From Octopus vulgaris (Eukaryota): a stretch of DNA of 64,000 bases. The notes under the pieces are model-generated. The model had not been told where the DNA came from. It worked only from the letters and a program-made list of their open reading frames with translations, and made no database searches. The position numbers were made by a program, and so were the translations under genes. Below are positions 1 to 12,211 of the stretch, in pieces. Location of the stretch: the NCBI GenBank assembly GCA_951406725.2, contig OX597824.1:26040001-26104000 (forward strand), written 5' to 3'. How positions within the stretch are numbered: position 1 is the stretch's first letter; the number at the start of each line of letters is the position of its first letter.

Positions 1-115
1 TCTTACTCTTTATTCTTCTATTTTTGCTCCTTTATTCTTCTATTTTATTCCTTATATACTATGAATTTTATTCCTTGTAATATGTAAAATTTCTCCGTCT
101 AAATATTTATGCCTT

Positions 116-191
116 GTCTCTGATGACGGAATACCTAGTGCACGGACATGCTAACCAACCACTTAGGTTGTCCCAGAAACGGCTGTAAGAC
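116..191 (+). ncRNA. Type-I hammerhead ribozyme motif (Penelope pLTR-like)
   Basis: GTCT-CTGATGA-long stem II (GGA..ACCTAGTG / CACTTAGGT..TCC)-GAAA-CGGCTG-TA-AGAC; stem I GTCT/AGAC; cleavage triplet GUA. Confidence 0.75.
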
Positions 192-537
192 TTCAAATTA
201 CCCTAATTAAATTATTTTAAATGACTTGAGACGATCGTTCTGCCTTGGTTTAGATACTTCCCCTAATATAATATATACATGCTATAACGGAACCCTAATA
301 CAGATCCCTTGATCCAGCCTTAGCTGTGATCTTGGAACCTAACGGTCGACCAATTATAGCACTTAACCAGTGTACCTATTCGTTTAGATTACAAGTGAAC
401 TAAACCCATTACATTCTTTATACATGTATATCTCTTCCGTAATGCAGTCGGAAGACGTAGTGTTCTCTCTCCTTTACATGAATGTATGACTGTATACATG
501 TGTATGCATTTTGTGTATGCACATGCACATACTCACA

Positions 538-628
538 TATACATACATACATACATACATACATACATACATACATACATACATACATACATACATACAT
601 ACATACATACATACATACATACATACAT
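538..628. repeat. (ACAT)n microsatellite
   Basis: Direct tetranucleotide run. Confidence 0.95.
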
Positions 629-737
629 AATTACATACATGCATATCTGCAGGGTGGCCCAAAAGTATGTTTACAATTATCACGTAGGAACTTTAAATTT
701 CTTTTAAAATATTTTAGTACATTTAAATTTCTATCGA

Positions 738-901
738 TAGGCGCAGGAGTGGCTGTGTGGTAAGTAGCTTGCTTACCAACCACACGGTTCCGGGTTCAGT
801 CCTACAGCGTGGCACCTTGGGAAAGTGTCTTCTACTATAGCCTCGGGCCGACCAAACCCTTGTGAGTGGATTTGGTAGACGGAAAACTGAAAGAAGCCTG
901 T

Positions 902-972
<71 letters not shown>

Positions 973-1181
973 TTGTGTGTCTGTGTTTGTCACCCCAACA
1001 TCGCTTGACAACCGATGCTGGTGTGTTTACGTCCCCGTTACTTAGCGGTTCGGCAAAACAGACCAATAGAATAAGTACTAGGCTTACAAAGAATAAGTCC
1101 TGGGGTCGATGTGCTCGACTAAAAGTCGGTACTCCAGCATGGCCGCAGTCAAATGACTGAAACAAGTAAAAGAGTAAAGAG
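738..1181 (+). mobile_element. tRNA-derived SINE family A, full length, with internal (TA)n(TG)n
   Basis: A-box-like TGGCTGTGTGG, B-box-like GGTTCAGTCC, CORE-like CCTTGGG(C/A)AAGTGTCTT, AAGAGTA tail; more than 20 copies in window. Confidence 0.9.
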
Positions 1182-1305
1182 TACCTTACAATGAAACTAG
1201 CATAGAATAATGGTTTCATATTTTTTTTTATAAGATGTAAACTGGTAATATATGAATGCGAAAGAGATAGTTGAATAACTGTAAACCTACTTTTGGACCA
1301 CACTG

Positions 1306-1368
<63 letters not shown>

Positions 1369-1404
1369 ATGGATTATTTTAAGCAGCAGAAAATTCAACA
1401 AAAT

Positions 1405-1442
1405 CTGTTACTCTGAGTTTCTCGTTGCCGTTCATCAGACAG
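1405..1442 (-). ncRNA. Minimal type-I hammerhead ribozyme motif
   Basis: Minus strand: CTGT-CTGATGA-A CG GCAA CG A-GAAA-CTC A GAG-TA-ACAG. Confidence 0.7.
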
Positions 1443-1711
1443 TTTTTGCTAGAATGGAACATATATATTAATATCAATCTATACTCTATACAAACGCTAC
1501 ACCTTTAAAAAGAAATGGACTTGTTTGATTGGCCCTTTAGAAAAAACGGTCAATCTTCGAGCGATAAACAATTTAAAGGTCAAAAAATATAAGTATATAA
1601 ATATACAAAAACTTATAAAAATTATAAAATCCGAGGAAAAAACCGAAAAAACCTAATTGCCGTTAATGAAGACAGTACAAATTAATGCATAAAAAAATAT
1701 AATTAATATCA

Positions 1712-1772
1712 CACTACGATCGTTTCATGCCTGCTGTCTTCAAATTTTTGAGTCGCAGTCATTCATCAGGTG
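1712..1772 (-). ncRNA. Type-I hammerhead ribozyme motif with palindromic stem III
   Basis: Minus strand: CAC-CTGATGA-ATG...CAT-GAAA-CGATCG-TA-GTG. Confidence 0.75.
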
Positions 1773-1835
1773 GTTTAAATATTTTTCTTGGCGAGGTTTA
1801 AACAATGAATGTATGTATGTATATAAATATATATA

Positions 1836-2066
1836 ATGAGGGAGTATGACCTAGTGGTTAGAGTATTGCAATTACGATCGCTAGATCGTGGTTTCAATTC
1901 CTAGACCGGATGGTGCGTTTTGATCTTGAGCAAAATACTTCATCTCATGCAGCTCTGCGATCACTTATATATATGATGGACTCTCCGGTCGAAGACGATG
2001 TATGAGCGTTCAGCTTGCCGAACGATCTGCACAAATGATGGTACAGATGTAGAATAGTATTTGTGA
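1836..2066 (+). mobile_element. Diverged tRNA-headed SINE (family C-like); duplicated at ~2743-2977, relative at ~27432-27667
   Basis: TGACCTAGTGG A-box, GGTTTCAATTCC B-box, CTTGAGCAA motif shared with family C. Confidence 0.6.
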
Positions 2067-2163
2067 AAACCTGTAGTTTCAAGTAGCCTGGTTTCGAATT
2101 CATTCATTCATACATACATACATAGCCAGTATACATACATACAATCTCTCACACACATATATA

Positions 2164-2567
2164 GTGGCTGTGTGGTAAGTAGCTTGTTTACCAAGCATAC
2201 ATGGTTCCGGGTTCAGTCCCACTGCGTAGCACTTGGGCAAGTGTCTTCTGCTATAGCCGGGCCGATCAATACCTTGTGAGTGAATTTGGTAGGCGGAAAC
2301 TGAAAGAAGCCTGTCGTATATATGTATGTATATATATATATGTGTGTGTGCATGTGTTTGTGTGTCTGTGTTTGTCCCCCTAGCATTGCTTGACAACCGA
2401 TGCTGGTGTGTTTACGTCCGCGTCACTTAGCGGTTCGGCAAAAAAGACCGATGGAATAAGTACTGAGCTTACAAAGAATAAGTCCCGATGTTGATTTGCT
2501 CGACTAAAGGCGGTGCTCCAGCATGGCCGCAGTCAAATGACTGAAACAAGTAAAAGACTAAAAGAGA
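2164..2567 (+). mobile_element. SINE family A
   Basis: Matches 738-1181. Confidence 0.9.
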
Positions 2568-3122
2568 ATATATATATACATATATATATATATACACACA
2601 CACACACATACATATGTATTATACTTAATGTATACACACTGTCGATAGGTCAGTCACTGCAGTTTGTGTCTTGACATAACATCTCTTTTGGACGTGCTAT
2701 GTTAAAAACACCATGAATGTATGTATGTATATAATATATATAATGTGGGAGTATGACCTAGTGGTTAGAGTATTGCAATTACGATCGCTAGATCGTGGTT
2801 TCAATTCCTAGACCGGATGGTGCGTTTTGATCTTGAGCAAGAATTCGTCGCCTACCGATATAGCTCTGCGATCACTTATATATATGATGGACTCTCCGGT
2901 CGAAGACGATGTATGAGTGTTCAGCTTGCCGAACGATCTGCACAAATGATGGTACAGATGTAGAATAGCATTTGTGATTTTCTCTGGTCGCTGCTGGAAC
3001 GAACTTTCGTCAAATAGACGCTTTGTGTGATTGGTTTGACTTCATTGACACCAACACAAGTAGAATCACGAAGCAGTGGTGTGAAATAAACAAACCTTAA
3101 ATTAGTTCATGTAAATTAGTTC

Positions 3123-3545
3123 AGGCGCAGGAGTGGCTGTGTGGTAAGTAGCTTGCTAACCAACCACATGGTTCCGGGTTCAGTCCCACTGCGTGGCATC
3201 TTGGGCAAGTGTCTTCTGCTATAGTCCCGGGCCGATCAATACCTTGTGAGTGAATTTGGTAGGCGGAAACTGAAAGAAGCCTGTCGTATATATGTATGTA
3301 TATATATATATGTGTGTGTGCATGTGTTTGTGTGTCTGTGTTAGTCCCCCTAGCATTGCTTGACAACCGATGCTGGTGTGTTTACGTCCGCGTCACTTAG
3401 CGGTTCGGCAAAAAAGACCGATGGAATAAGTACTGAGCTTACAAAGAATAAGTCCCGATGTTGATTTGCTCGACTAAAGGCGGTGCTCCAGCATGGCCGC
3501 AGTCAAATGACTGAAACAAGTAAAAGAGTAAAAGAGTAAAGAGAG
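3123..3545 (+). mobile_element. SINE family A
   Basis: Matches 738-1181; shares private variants with 2164-2567. Confidence 0.9.
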
Positions 3546-4583
3546 TATATTTATGTCATATTTTAACTTCTAAAGGCAATTTCACAGCAGTTTACCGTGG
3601 GTAGAAAGAGGGATCCAAGAGAGGGCGCCACAGCGATGATAAAATGTGTATTTTACACCTTTTCTATAAGTGAGAATTGTTTCTCCACAGCAAACTGCAG
3701 TGAAATTGCTTTTAGCTGTTATAAAATACGTAACAATAATATTTGAACGAATCTAAAGTTTGTTTACTGACTTTGAATTTCTAAAGACTGGAGAGTCTCC
3801 CAACATAACCTGATAAGCCTTTACCTAATCTTGCTAATTCCATTTGTAATATAAGCCCTTGGGGATTAAACATTGCTGGTAAAGTGTCATATTAGCCGAT
3901 ACTTTGGAATTATATCCACAAAATACAACAAACGGAAGATTGACGAATATGATTCATAAAATATTGATAGAGCGTATTTCCTGATGAGAACTATTGTATT
4001 TGATGGCATACAAGAGGCAGTCCCCACGCCCCACAAAAAGAATGTCTTAAAAATTCAGCCTATGTCCTCCTATATGCCGAGTTAGGCCTCCTTTAAACCA
4101 AATTTGTCCCTGATGCTCGCTGCTATAGACTAATTTTAATCCAGTTGGTCTTTTCTACGTAGCCTGACTTCTTCCTGTAAGTCCAGCTCTACTGTTAACT
4201 TACTTTTTATATGTAGTAATGTTTTCTGCAATAGCTAAGTTGCTTTTGTAATGTTTTGTAATGTACTGAAGTCACTTTAAATATTATGTGCTTCCATTAA
4301 GTCAAAATTATTTTTCTTGAATATGCGCAGTTGAAATTGGGGTGCGTCTTTAATGCCGTTGAATACTGTAATTTGACTTCTTGGGGATCGCTTTGTAAAA
4401 AGCATAAATGCATTATCAATAAAGAATATTTTTAGTAATGCTAATAATGATAATTTCTAAGATCAGCTGAACACGACCTTTTAGGGGGAAGAAATGTGGT
4501 TAAATTAATAGACTTCAAACAAGAGATAATAGTTACTTATTTTACCAACTCCACCATTTCTGATATTTCAATTCTCTTAACAA

Positions 4584-4584
4584 A

Positions 4585-4659
<75 letters not shown>

Positions 4660-4663
4660 GATA

Positions 4664-4719
<56 letters not shown>

Positions 4720-4795
4720 CATGATGATGATCATGATGATGATCATGATGATGATCATGATGATGATCATGATGATGATCATGATGATGATCATG

Positions 4796-4850
<55 letters not shown>
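4584..4850. repeat. (CAT)n followed by (GAT)n and (GATGATGATCAT)n
   Basis: Direct reading. Confidence 0.95.
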
Positions 4851-4853
<3 letters not shown>

Positions 4854-4959
4854 CTAGCATTGGCACTAGACTAGAAATTTAGGTGATGGAACAGTCAACT
4901 AACACGACTCTAGTATTTTATTCGTACTTAAATTCATCAACCTCAGAGAGATGAATAAT

Positions 4960-5136
4960 GATTCTGGTGGGAGGGGACTAGTCAATCACATGTTTCACTG
5001 CTACTTAATTTATCGACCCCGAGAGGATGAAAGGCAAAGTCGACCTCGGCGAAATTTGAACTCAGAATGTAGCGGCAGACGAAATACTGCTAAGCATTTC
5101 GCCCGGCGTGCTAACGATTCTGCCAGCTCGCCGCCT
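4960..5136 (-). mobile_element. tRNA-derived SINE family B
   Basis: Reverse complement of GGCGGCGAGCTGGCAGAA...GAGTTCAAATT...GTCGACTTTGCCTTTCATCC. Confidence 0.85.
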
Positions 5137-5137
5137 T

Positions 5138-5189
<52 letters not shown>

Positions 5190-5254
5190 TTGTGAACGGA
5201 GGTCAAACTTCCCAAAATAAAGAGGTTTCTCTTTCAAGCGGGAATACCTTTATC

Positions 5255-5609
5255 TTTAACTTGTTTCAGTTATTAGAGTGCGGCCATGCTGGAGCACCGC
5301 CTTGAATAGTTTTAGTCCAACCAATCGATCTCAACTCTTATTTTTAAGTCTTAGGTCCATTTCCCATCTTTTGCTGAACCGTTAAGTTACGAGAACAGAA
5401 ACAAACCAACACCGCTTGTTAAACGGTGGGGAAACAAACACATACACAAAAGGCTTTCACACTGTTTCCTATCTACCGAATTCACTTACAAAGCACTGGT
5501 CGAATCGTGACTATAGTAGAAGACAGTTGCACAAGGTGCTGCGCTGAGGGACTGAACCCTAAACGACATGCTTGTAAAGCGGCTTTCTTAACCATACTGT
5601 TATGCCTGC
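5255..5609 (-). mobile_element. Diverged SINE family A
   Basis: Homology to 738-1181. Confidence 0.75.
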
Positions 5610-5655
5610 GAAGCACTAGTTAAAATAGATTTAAATTTAATGTAAAATTAACAGA

Positions 5656-6052
5656 TATTCTTTTCTACTCGAGGAACAAAGCCGAAATTTTTGGGGAGGG
5701 GTCAGTCAGTTAGATCGACACCAGTACGCAACTGCTATTTAATTTATCGATACCGGAAGGATGAAAGGCAAAGTCGACCTCGGCGGAATTTGAACTCGGA
5801 GCATAAAGACAGACGAAATACTTATTTCTTTATTGCCCACAAGCGGCTAAACATAGAGAGGACAAACAAGGACAGACAAACGGATTAAGTCGATTACATC
5901 GACCCCAGTGCGTAACTGGTACTTATTTTATCGACCCCGAAAGGATGAAAGGCAAAGTCGACCTCGGCGGAATTTGAACTCAGAACGTAACGGCAGACGA
6001 AATACTGTTGAACATTTCGCCCGGTGTGCTAGCGTTTCTGCCAGCTTGCAGC
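5656..6052 (-). mobile_element. SINE family B dimer
   Basis: Two tandem B units joined at GACGAAATAC|TTATTTC. Confidence 0.85.
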
Positions 6053-6084
6053 CATGGAAAATCAACAGATATTAACATTGTTGC

Positions 6085-6870
6085 TGGTACAATGATAGAC
6101 TATATTTACAGAAAATACTGCTTGGATGTTTAGTGAAATATGCAGTGTTACACAGGAAAGAAATAAGAAAAATAATGATAGATTTATTCATATAGACTGT
6201 AAGCTCGCAAAAGTATAGAGAAAAATAAAGAGAGAAAATAAATACATATAACTATGACAATACTTAGAGTACACCGTCTAGAAGTCGAAATTGAATGAGA
6301 TTTGCCTCGAACACAGTGTGTCGGAAATCCTGAAATTTATAATGAAATAACTTATTATATAGTATAGAAGGAAAAAAAAAAACTTGTAGAGAATGATGGC
6401 AAACTAACTTTGAAAAGCTAACTTCAAACACAGGAATAAGATTTAAAAAATAAGTGTTCTGCTTTCAAGAAAGTCAACAGGTATATAACAAAGATGGAAG
6501 TTACATGCAACTCAGAGGGAAAGGAGTAAATCTATGACATGATGTTTTATTTTTATTCAAAGTAATGAAAAATACAAAATACAAAAATACAAAAAGGCAA
6601 TTGTACGAATAGCTTTATTTGGTCAATTCTTGACAAGATTGGCAGAGTGGAAATTGATCAGGAAATACTTTTCATTGTACCAGAAAACCAGGCTCCAAGC
6701 TGATATCGAAAATTTTATGATTGCTGTACAAGATTAAAAGTTTGTCTACGAGAAACTACCGAAAACTTGCCATGTAAAAGAATTACTAAGTAACTAAGGA
6801 TTATGTGGATGTTGCGCCGAGAAAATCAATCACGCATCAGTTTTGTTGGCGATGAGGGCCATTCAGCCTC
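6085..6870 (+). pseudogene. Highly decayed R4/Dong-like LINE ORF relic
   Basis: Residual translations DRLYL and RLQADIENFMIAVQD..STRNY resemble the AAQDQ..TRNY motif of R4-clade ORFs. Confidence 0.45.
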
Positions 6871-7552
6871 TTCAAGCCATAAATGCATAAGTAGGAATGA
6901 CGTACCTTACAAATCGTTCAAAAACGTGCTCTGTACACAGTTCTGTCAGAAAAAAGATGTTTCGAGTATACATCTGAAGTTTAAAAACGAAAGGAAGGGC
7001 ATGTGAATTATTTGAAAATCTAAGCCAAGCGCATTAGATTCCTTGGAAGAAAGCCTCGAATGTATACAAAACAAGGACGGAAAACCGGACGATGTTACAC
7101 GAATAAAAATACAAAAATACGTAAAAACAATAATGATAACACGAATAAGAATACAAAAATACGTAAAAACAACAACAATAATAATAATAACAACAAAAAA
7201 CAGGACGTCACAGAAAAGCGTCTTTTCGACAGGACGAGTAAATTTTTGAGCTGGCGTTAGAAAAAAGCCTTAGGGCTACAGAGAGAAAAAAATGTGTCTT
7301 GCCACAACGGCTGCTGACCACGAATTTTCAAAACATATCGAATCTTTCCGAAACTACTCAAAGTAAATGAATATTACTATGTATATATTTCGTTTTGGGA
7401 TTTGGTTTGCAAGATTCTTTATATGAGTTCGTGTGCTGAAGCATATACTGTTGTGTCTGGGGAGAGTCGTTCTTATAATTTAACACACTCAATAAGTTGA
7501 GTGTGTTAAATTATAAAGCACTAAAAGAGAATGACTCTCCCCAGACACAACA

Positions 7553-7586
<34 letters not shown>

Positions 7587-7589
<3 letters not shown>

Positions 7590-7775
7590 ACCTCGTGTGT
7601 ACCGTTGGCGATTTTTTCCCCTCTGTTTTCCCTTCTCTGGTTCTTTCCTTCTCCTATGTTTCCGACGAAGAGCTCCGCTCGAAACGTTAAACCCTCCTTC
7701 TTTCCTGAGCGTCCAATAATACTATATTTGTTCCACGTCCTCGCGTTGTTTTTTTTTGTGCTTTCTTGTTTGGAT

Positions 7776-7780
<5 letters not shown>
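7587..7780 (+). mobile_element. ~200 bp HHR-containing element (family P1) in (TA)n
   Basis: HHR 7658-7692: GTTT-CCGACGA(U4C)-A-GAGC TCC GCTC-GAAA-CG-TT-AAAC; (TA)n on both flanks. Confidence 0.75.
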
Positions 7781-7817
<37 letters not shown>

Positions 7818-7821
<4 letters not shown>

Positions 7822-8321
7822 CACGAGCGTGACCGTGTGGCACATTGGGCAGGTGTCTTCTACTATAGCCTCGGGCCGACCAAAGCCTTGTGAGTGGATT
7901 TGGCGGACGGAAACTGAAAGAAGCCTGTCGTGTCTGTCTGTCTGTATGTATGTATGTATGTATCTATGTATGTATGCATGCATATATTTGTATGTCTGTG
8001 TTTGTCCCCCAGCATCGCTTGACAGCTTCTCATCATGAGATATGCTATGTCAATATTTTATGAATCATGTTCGTCAATCTTCCGTTTGTTGTATTTTGTG
8101 GATATAATTCCAAAGTGCCGGCTAATATGACACTTTACGAGTGATGTTTAGTAAATTTGTGTGTGTGTCTGTGTTTGACTCTCCACCATCACTTGACAAC
8201 TGATGTTGGTGTGTTTATGTACCCGTAACTTAGCAGTTCGGCAAAAGAGAACGATAGAATAAGTACTGGGCTTACAGAGAATATGTCCTGGGGTCGATTT
8301 GTTCGACTAAAGGAGGTGCTG
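7818..8321 (+). mobile_element. SINE family A fragments interrupted by a ~125 bp repeat
   Basis: Homology to family A at 7818-8022 and 8155-8321. Confidence 0.7.
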
Positions 8322-8342
8322 CAGAATAGAGTTGCTTATATG

Positions 8343-8381
<39 letters not shown>

Positions 8382-8386
<5 letters not shown>

Positions 8387-8590
8387 ATCCAAACATGAAA
8401 ACACAAAGAGAAAACACAACAACGCGAGGACGTGGAACAAATATAGTATTATTGGACGCTCAGGAAGGAAGGGAACAAGGAGGATTTAACGTTTCGAGCG
8501 GAGCTCTTCGTCAGAAACATAGGAAAAGGAAAGATCCAGAGAAGGGAAGACGGAGGGAAAAAAATCGCCAACGGTACACACGCGGTCACA
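8382..8590 (-). mobile_element. HHR-containing element family P1, inverted relative to 7587-7780
   Basis: Reverse-complement homology across ~200 bp. Confidence 0.8.
8484..8518 (-). ncRNA. Minimal hammerhead ribozyme, intact core
   Basis: GTTT-CTGACGA-A-GAGC TCC GCTC-GAAA-CG-TT-AAAT. Confidence 0.8.
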
Positions 8591-8594
8591 TTAT

Positions 8595-9001
8595 ATATTT
8601 CTTTATTGCCCACAAGGGGCTAAACATAGAGGGGACAAAAAAGGACAGACAAAGGGATTAAGTCGATTACATCGACCCCAGTGTGTAACTGGTACTTTAT
8701 TTATCGACTCCGGAAAGGATGAAAGGCAAAGTCGACCTCCACAGAATTTGAACTCAGAACGTAACGGCAGACAAAATACCTATTTCTTTACTACCCACAA
8801 GGGGCTAAATACAGAGAGGACAAACAAGAACAGACAAACGGATTAAGTCGATTATATCGACCCCAGTGCGTAGGTGGTACTTATTTAATCGACCCCGAAA
8901 GGATGAAAGGCAAAGTCGACCTCGGCAGAATTTGAACTCAGAACGCAGCAGCAGACGAAATACCACTAAGCATTTCGCCCGGTGCGCTAACGTTTCTGCC
9001 A
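8595..9001 (-). mobile_element. SINE family B dimer
   Basis: Two tandem B units. Confidence 0.85.
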
Positions 9002-9611
9002 ACGTGTGCAGGCGTGTCTGTGTGGTGAGAAGCTTGCTTCCCGACCATGTGGTATTAGGTTCAATACCACTGCACAGCATCTTGGACAAATGTCATTCGC
9101 AACAGCCACGGGCAGGCAGAAGACCTGTCAGTGGATTTGGTAGGCGGAAACTGAAATAAGACCACCGCTTGACAAGAAGAAAGGGTAACGTGTGAACTGT
9201 CGTAACTGACCACCAGCATTAATGATATTGCAATCTAGGACTGCCTCTCCTCTCATTCTCTCTTCCTCTTCTCTCTCCCTCCCTCCCTCCCTCCCTCTCT
9301 TCCTCCTCCTCTCTCTCTCTCTCTGAAGTATTGGCAAACTGCGTGGATTACAATACTCGAGAAAAATATTGCACCATCACGCACACACAGACACTGAGAA
9401 AAAAGTGACACCTGATTTTTTTGTTTTAAAAAACAACAGCCTAGCATGTTTTACAAGAACTTGTAGATAAATGATCCCAAAATAAAAGTCTGGAAATAGA
9501 TATAACTAGAATGTAAGGGCTGAGGGTTGTTAACAGAAGTAATCCATATAATAATAGAGGTAAAGGACTTGATTGTAAAAAATACAAAAGATATACATGG
9601 ACACACGCATT

Positions 9612-9751
9612 TATGTATGTATGTATGTATGTATGTATGTATGTATGTATGTATGTATGTATGTATGTATGTATGTATGTATGTGTGTGTGTGTGCTTGT
9701 ACATAAACACATATGTATCTATACATCTACATCTATTTGCATCTATATTTA

Positions 9752-9796
<45 letters not shown>

Positions 9797-9812
9797 CTCT
9801 CTATCTCTCTCT

Positions 9813-9847
<35 letters not shown>

Positions 9848-9866
9848 CTCTCTATCTCTCTATCTA

Positions 9867-9926
<60 letters not shown>

Positions 9927-9972
9927 ACTATCTCTCTCTCTCTATTTATATGTGTGTGTGTGTGTGTGTGTG
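9612..9972. repeat. Compound microsatellite (ATGT)n/(TCTA)n/(CT)n/(TG)n
   Basis: Direct reading. Confidence 0.9.
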
Positions 9973-10248
9973 TATTATAATACATATCATATATAATACA
10001 TATATATTTTATAATATATTTACGTACACTCACATGGTCACACATACGCACGCACACACACACACATACAGAAGTTTACACTGAAACACAATATACAAAA
10101 AATATCCCTTCGAGACGTGTTTGCACACTTCTTAAGTAGAACATCATCGATACAAAAGAAATAAATAAATAACGAGAGAAAGAAAGAAAGGAGGAAAAAA
10201 GAAAGAAAGAAAAAAAGGAAAGAAAATATGTAGAAAAGAGTTACATAC

Positions 10249-10543
10249 CCTAGGCACTGGTGAACGATGTTCGGTCATGCGGTGAGAGCGAATAATAAAG
10301 ACAAGAAAACGTAACGAACGGTAGTGATGATGATGGCGGTGATGATGAAATTACTGGTGGTGCCAAGGGCGGCGTGGTGGTGGTGGTGGTGATAGTGGTG
10401 GTGATGGTGGTGATGTGGTGAGGATGATGATGACGATGATGAGGAGGAGGAGGAGGAGGACGACGACGATGATGATGATGATGATGATGATGATGTGATG
10501 ATGATGATGGCAAACCCAATAGATACAAGCACATCAAATGTTA
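10249..10543 (-). other. Candidate host-gene exon with possible start codon (MTEHRSPVPR, phase 0)
   Basis: Acceptor TTTTATACAG at 10544-10553, donor AGG|GTATGT at 10249/10248, ATG at 10278 preceded by an in-frame stop. Confidence 0.25.
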
Positions 10544-10640
10544 CTGTATAAAACACCAATTTGCACACACTTATACATACGCACGCAAAAAGATACACTA
10601 GCATCCGTCCGTCCATCCATCCAGCCTTCCATATAGGCCT

Positions 10641-10713
<73 letters not shown>

Positions 10714-11056
10714 TACATACACACACATACATAAATACATACATGCATACATACATAAACAACAGACCGGATATCGTTGAGACAGACAAAAAACAAAATG
10801 TATGTACCGTCGTAGAGATCTGCTGCCTTGCTGATGTGAATGAATATCTTTTCGAAAGTCAGAAGTCGAAAGTCATAGAGAAAGAGGATAAACTATAGAA
10901 AACTGCTTCGAAACTCTCAGCTTCTTTCTTATATCCAGATTATAAATTCACATTTATACCAATTATAATTTGTGCATTTGATTTTGTGTAAATGCGCAAG
11001 TGTCAGTCTGGAAAAAGTGGAATTTTCAAAAAAATAAAATGAAGCAGTGAACAAAG

Positions 11057-11195
11057 AGCAGGAGTGGCTGTGTGGTAAGTAGCTTGCTAACCAACCACAT
11101 GCGTGGCATCTTGGGCAAGTGTCTTCTGCTATAGCCCCGGGCTGACCAATGCCTTGTGAGTGGATTTGGTAGACGAAAACTGAAAGAAGCCTGTC

Positions 11196-11237
<42 letters not shown>

Positions 11238-11447
11238 GTATGTATGTGTGTGTGTGTTTGTCCCCCTAGCATTGCTTGACAACCGATGCTGGTGTGTTTA
11301 CGTCCCCGTCACTTAGCGGTTCGACAAAAGAGACTGATTGAATAAGTACTGGGCTTACAAAGAATAAGTCCTGGGGTCGATTTGCTCGACTAAAGGCGGT
11401 GCTCCAGCGTGGCCGCAGTCAAATGACTGAAACATGTAAAAGAGAGT
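11057..11447 (+). mobile_element. SINE family A with B-box deletion
   Basis: Homology to family A. Confidence 0.9.
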
Positions 11448-11577
11448 AAGTACATTGAAAATACATCCTATACGCGAAACAGTAAAACCATGCAAGACTT
11501 TTCTCTACCCACATTTCAACGATTGAACTTTGTATCTTTGTTAGAAACCAAATCCTTCCTTACAGGAAAACTCCAAA

Positions 11578-11972
11578 TCTCTCTCTATATATAAAGCTGA
11601 AGTTGTCTGTGTATAGCAGGTTTGGTAGCCTTCAACTAACACTATCTCCTCCCAGACCTTGCTGCGCAAGTTGACCAAAATTGAGAGTATGATAGAAGAA
11701 GGCTTGCTCTTCCTTTCGTAGAAGAAAAAAATTCAAATCGGACCATGTTAACACCAAAAATTATTTACATCAAAAAGGTGCCTTTTTTCTATGAAAATTC
11801 CTATTTTTTACGATTTTTTGACTGCCGTGTCGCCATTTTTCGGTGTATTTCAACCAGAAAAATGTTCACTTAAAGAGAATAACAAGCTACATAATGCAAA
11901 ATTTATACTTTTCAAAAATTCCAATTCTAAAGGGTCGAAACAAACCCGAGCAACGCCGGGCGATACTGCTGG
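11578..11972 (+). mobile_element. Non-autonomous Helitron
   Basis: A|TC...TATATATAAAG 5' end, 3' hairpin CCCGAGC AAC GCCGGG, CTGG|T end (CTRR), no TSD. Confidence 0.7.
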
Positions 11973-11994
11973 TAATTAATAATAGGGGAAAACA

Positions 11995-12130
11995 TGCACA
12001 TACATACATACATACATACATACATACATACATACATACATACATACATACACACACACATGCACACACACACACGCACACATACATACATACATACATA
12101 CATACATCATACATACATACATACATACAT

Positions 12131-12211
<81 letters not shown>

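Noticed and set aside
163-175. TTAGGTTGTCCCA identical to the MITE TIR at 37932
   Set aside because: Only 13 bp, no partner TIR, and it is explained as the 3' strand of hammerhead stem II
3975-4030. CTGATGA motif
   Set aside because: No downstream GAAA and no stems
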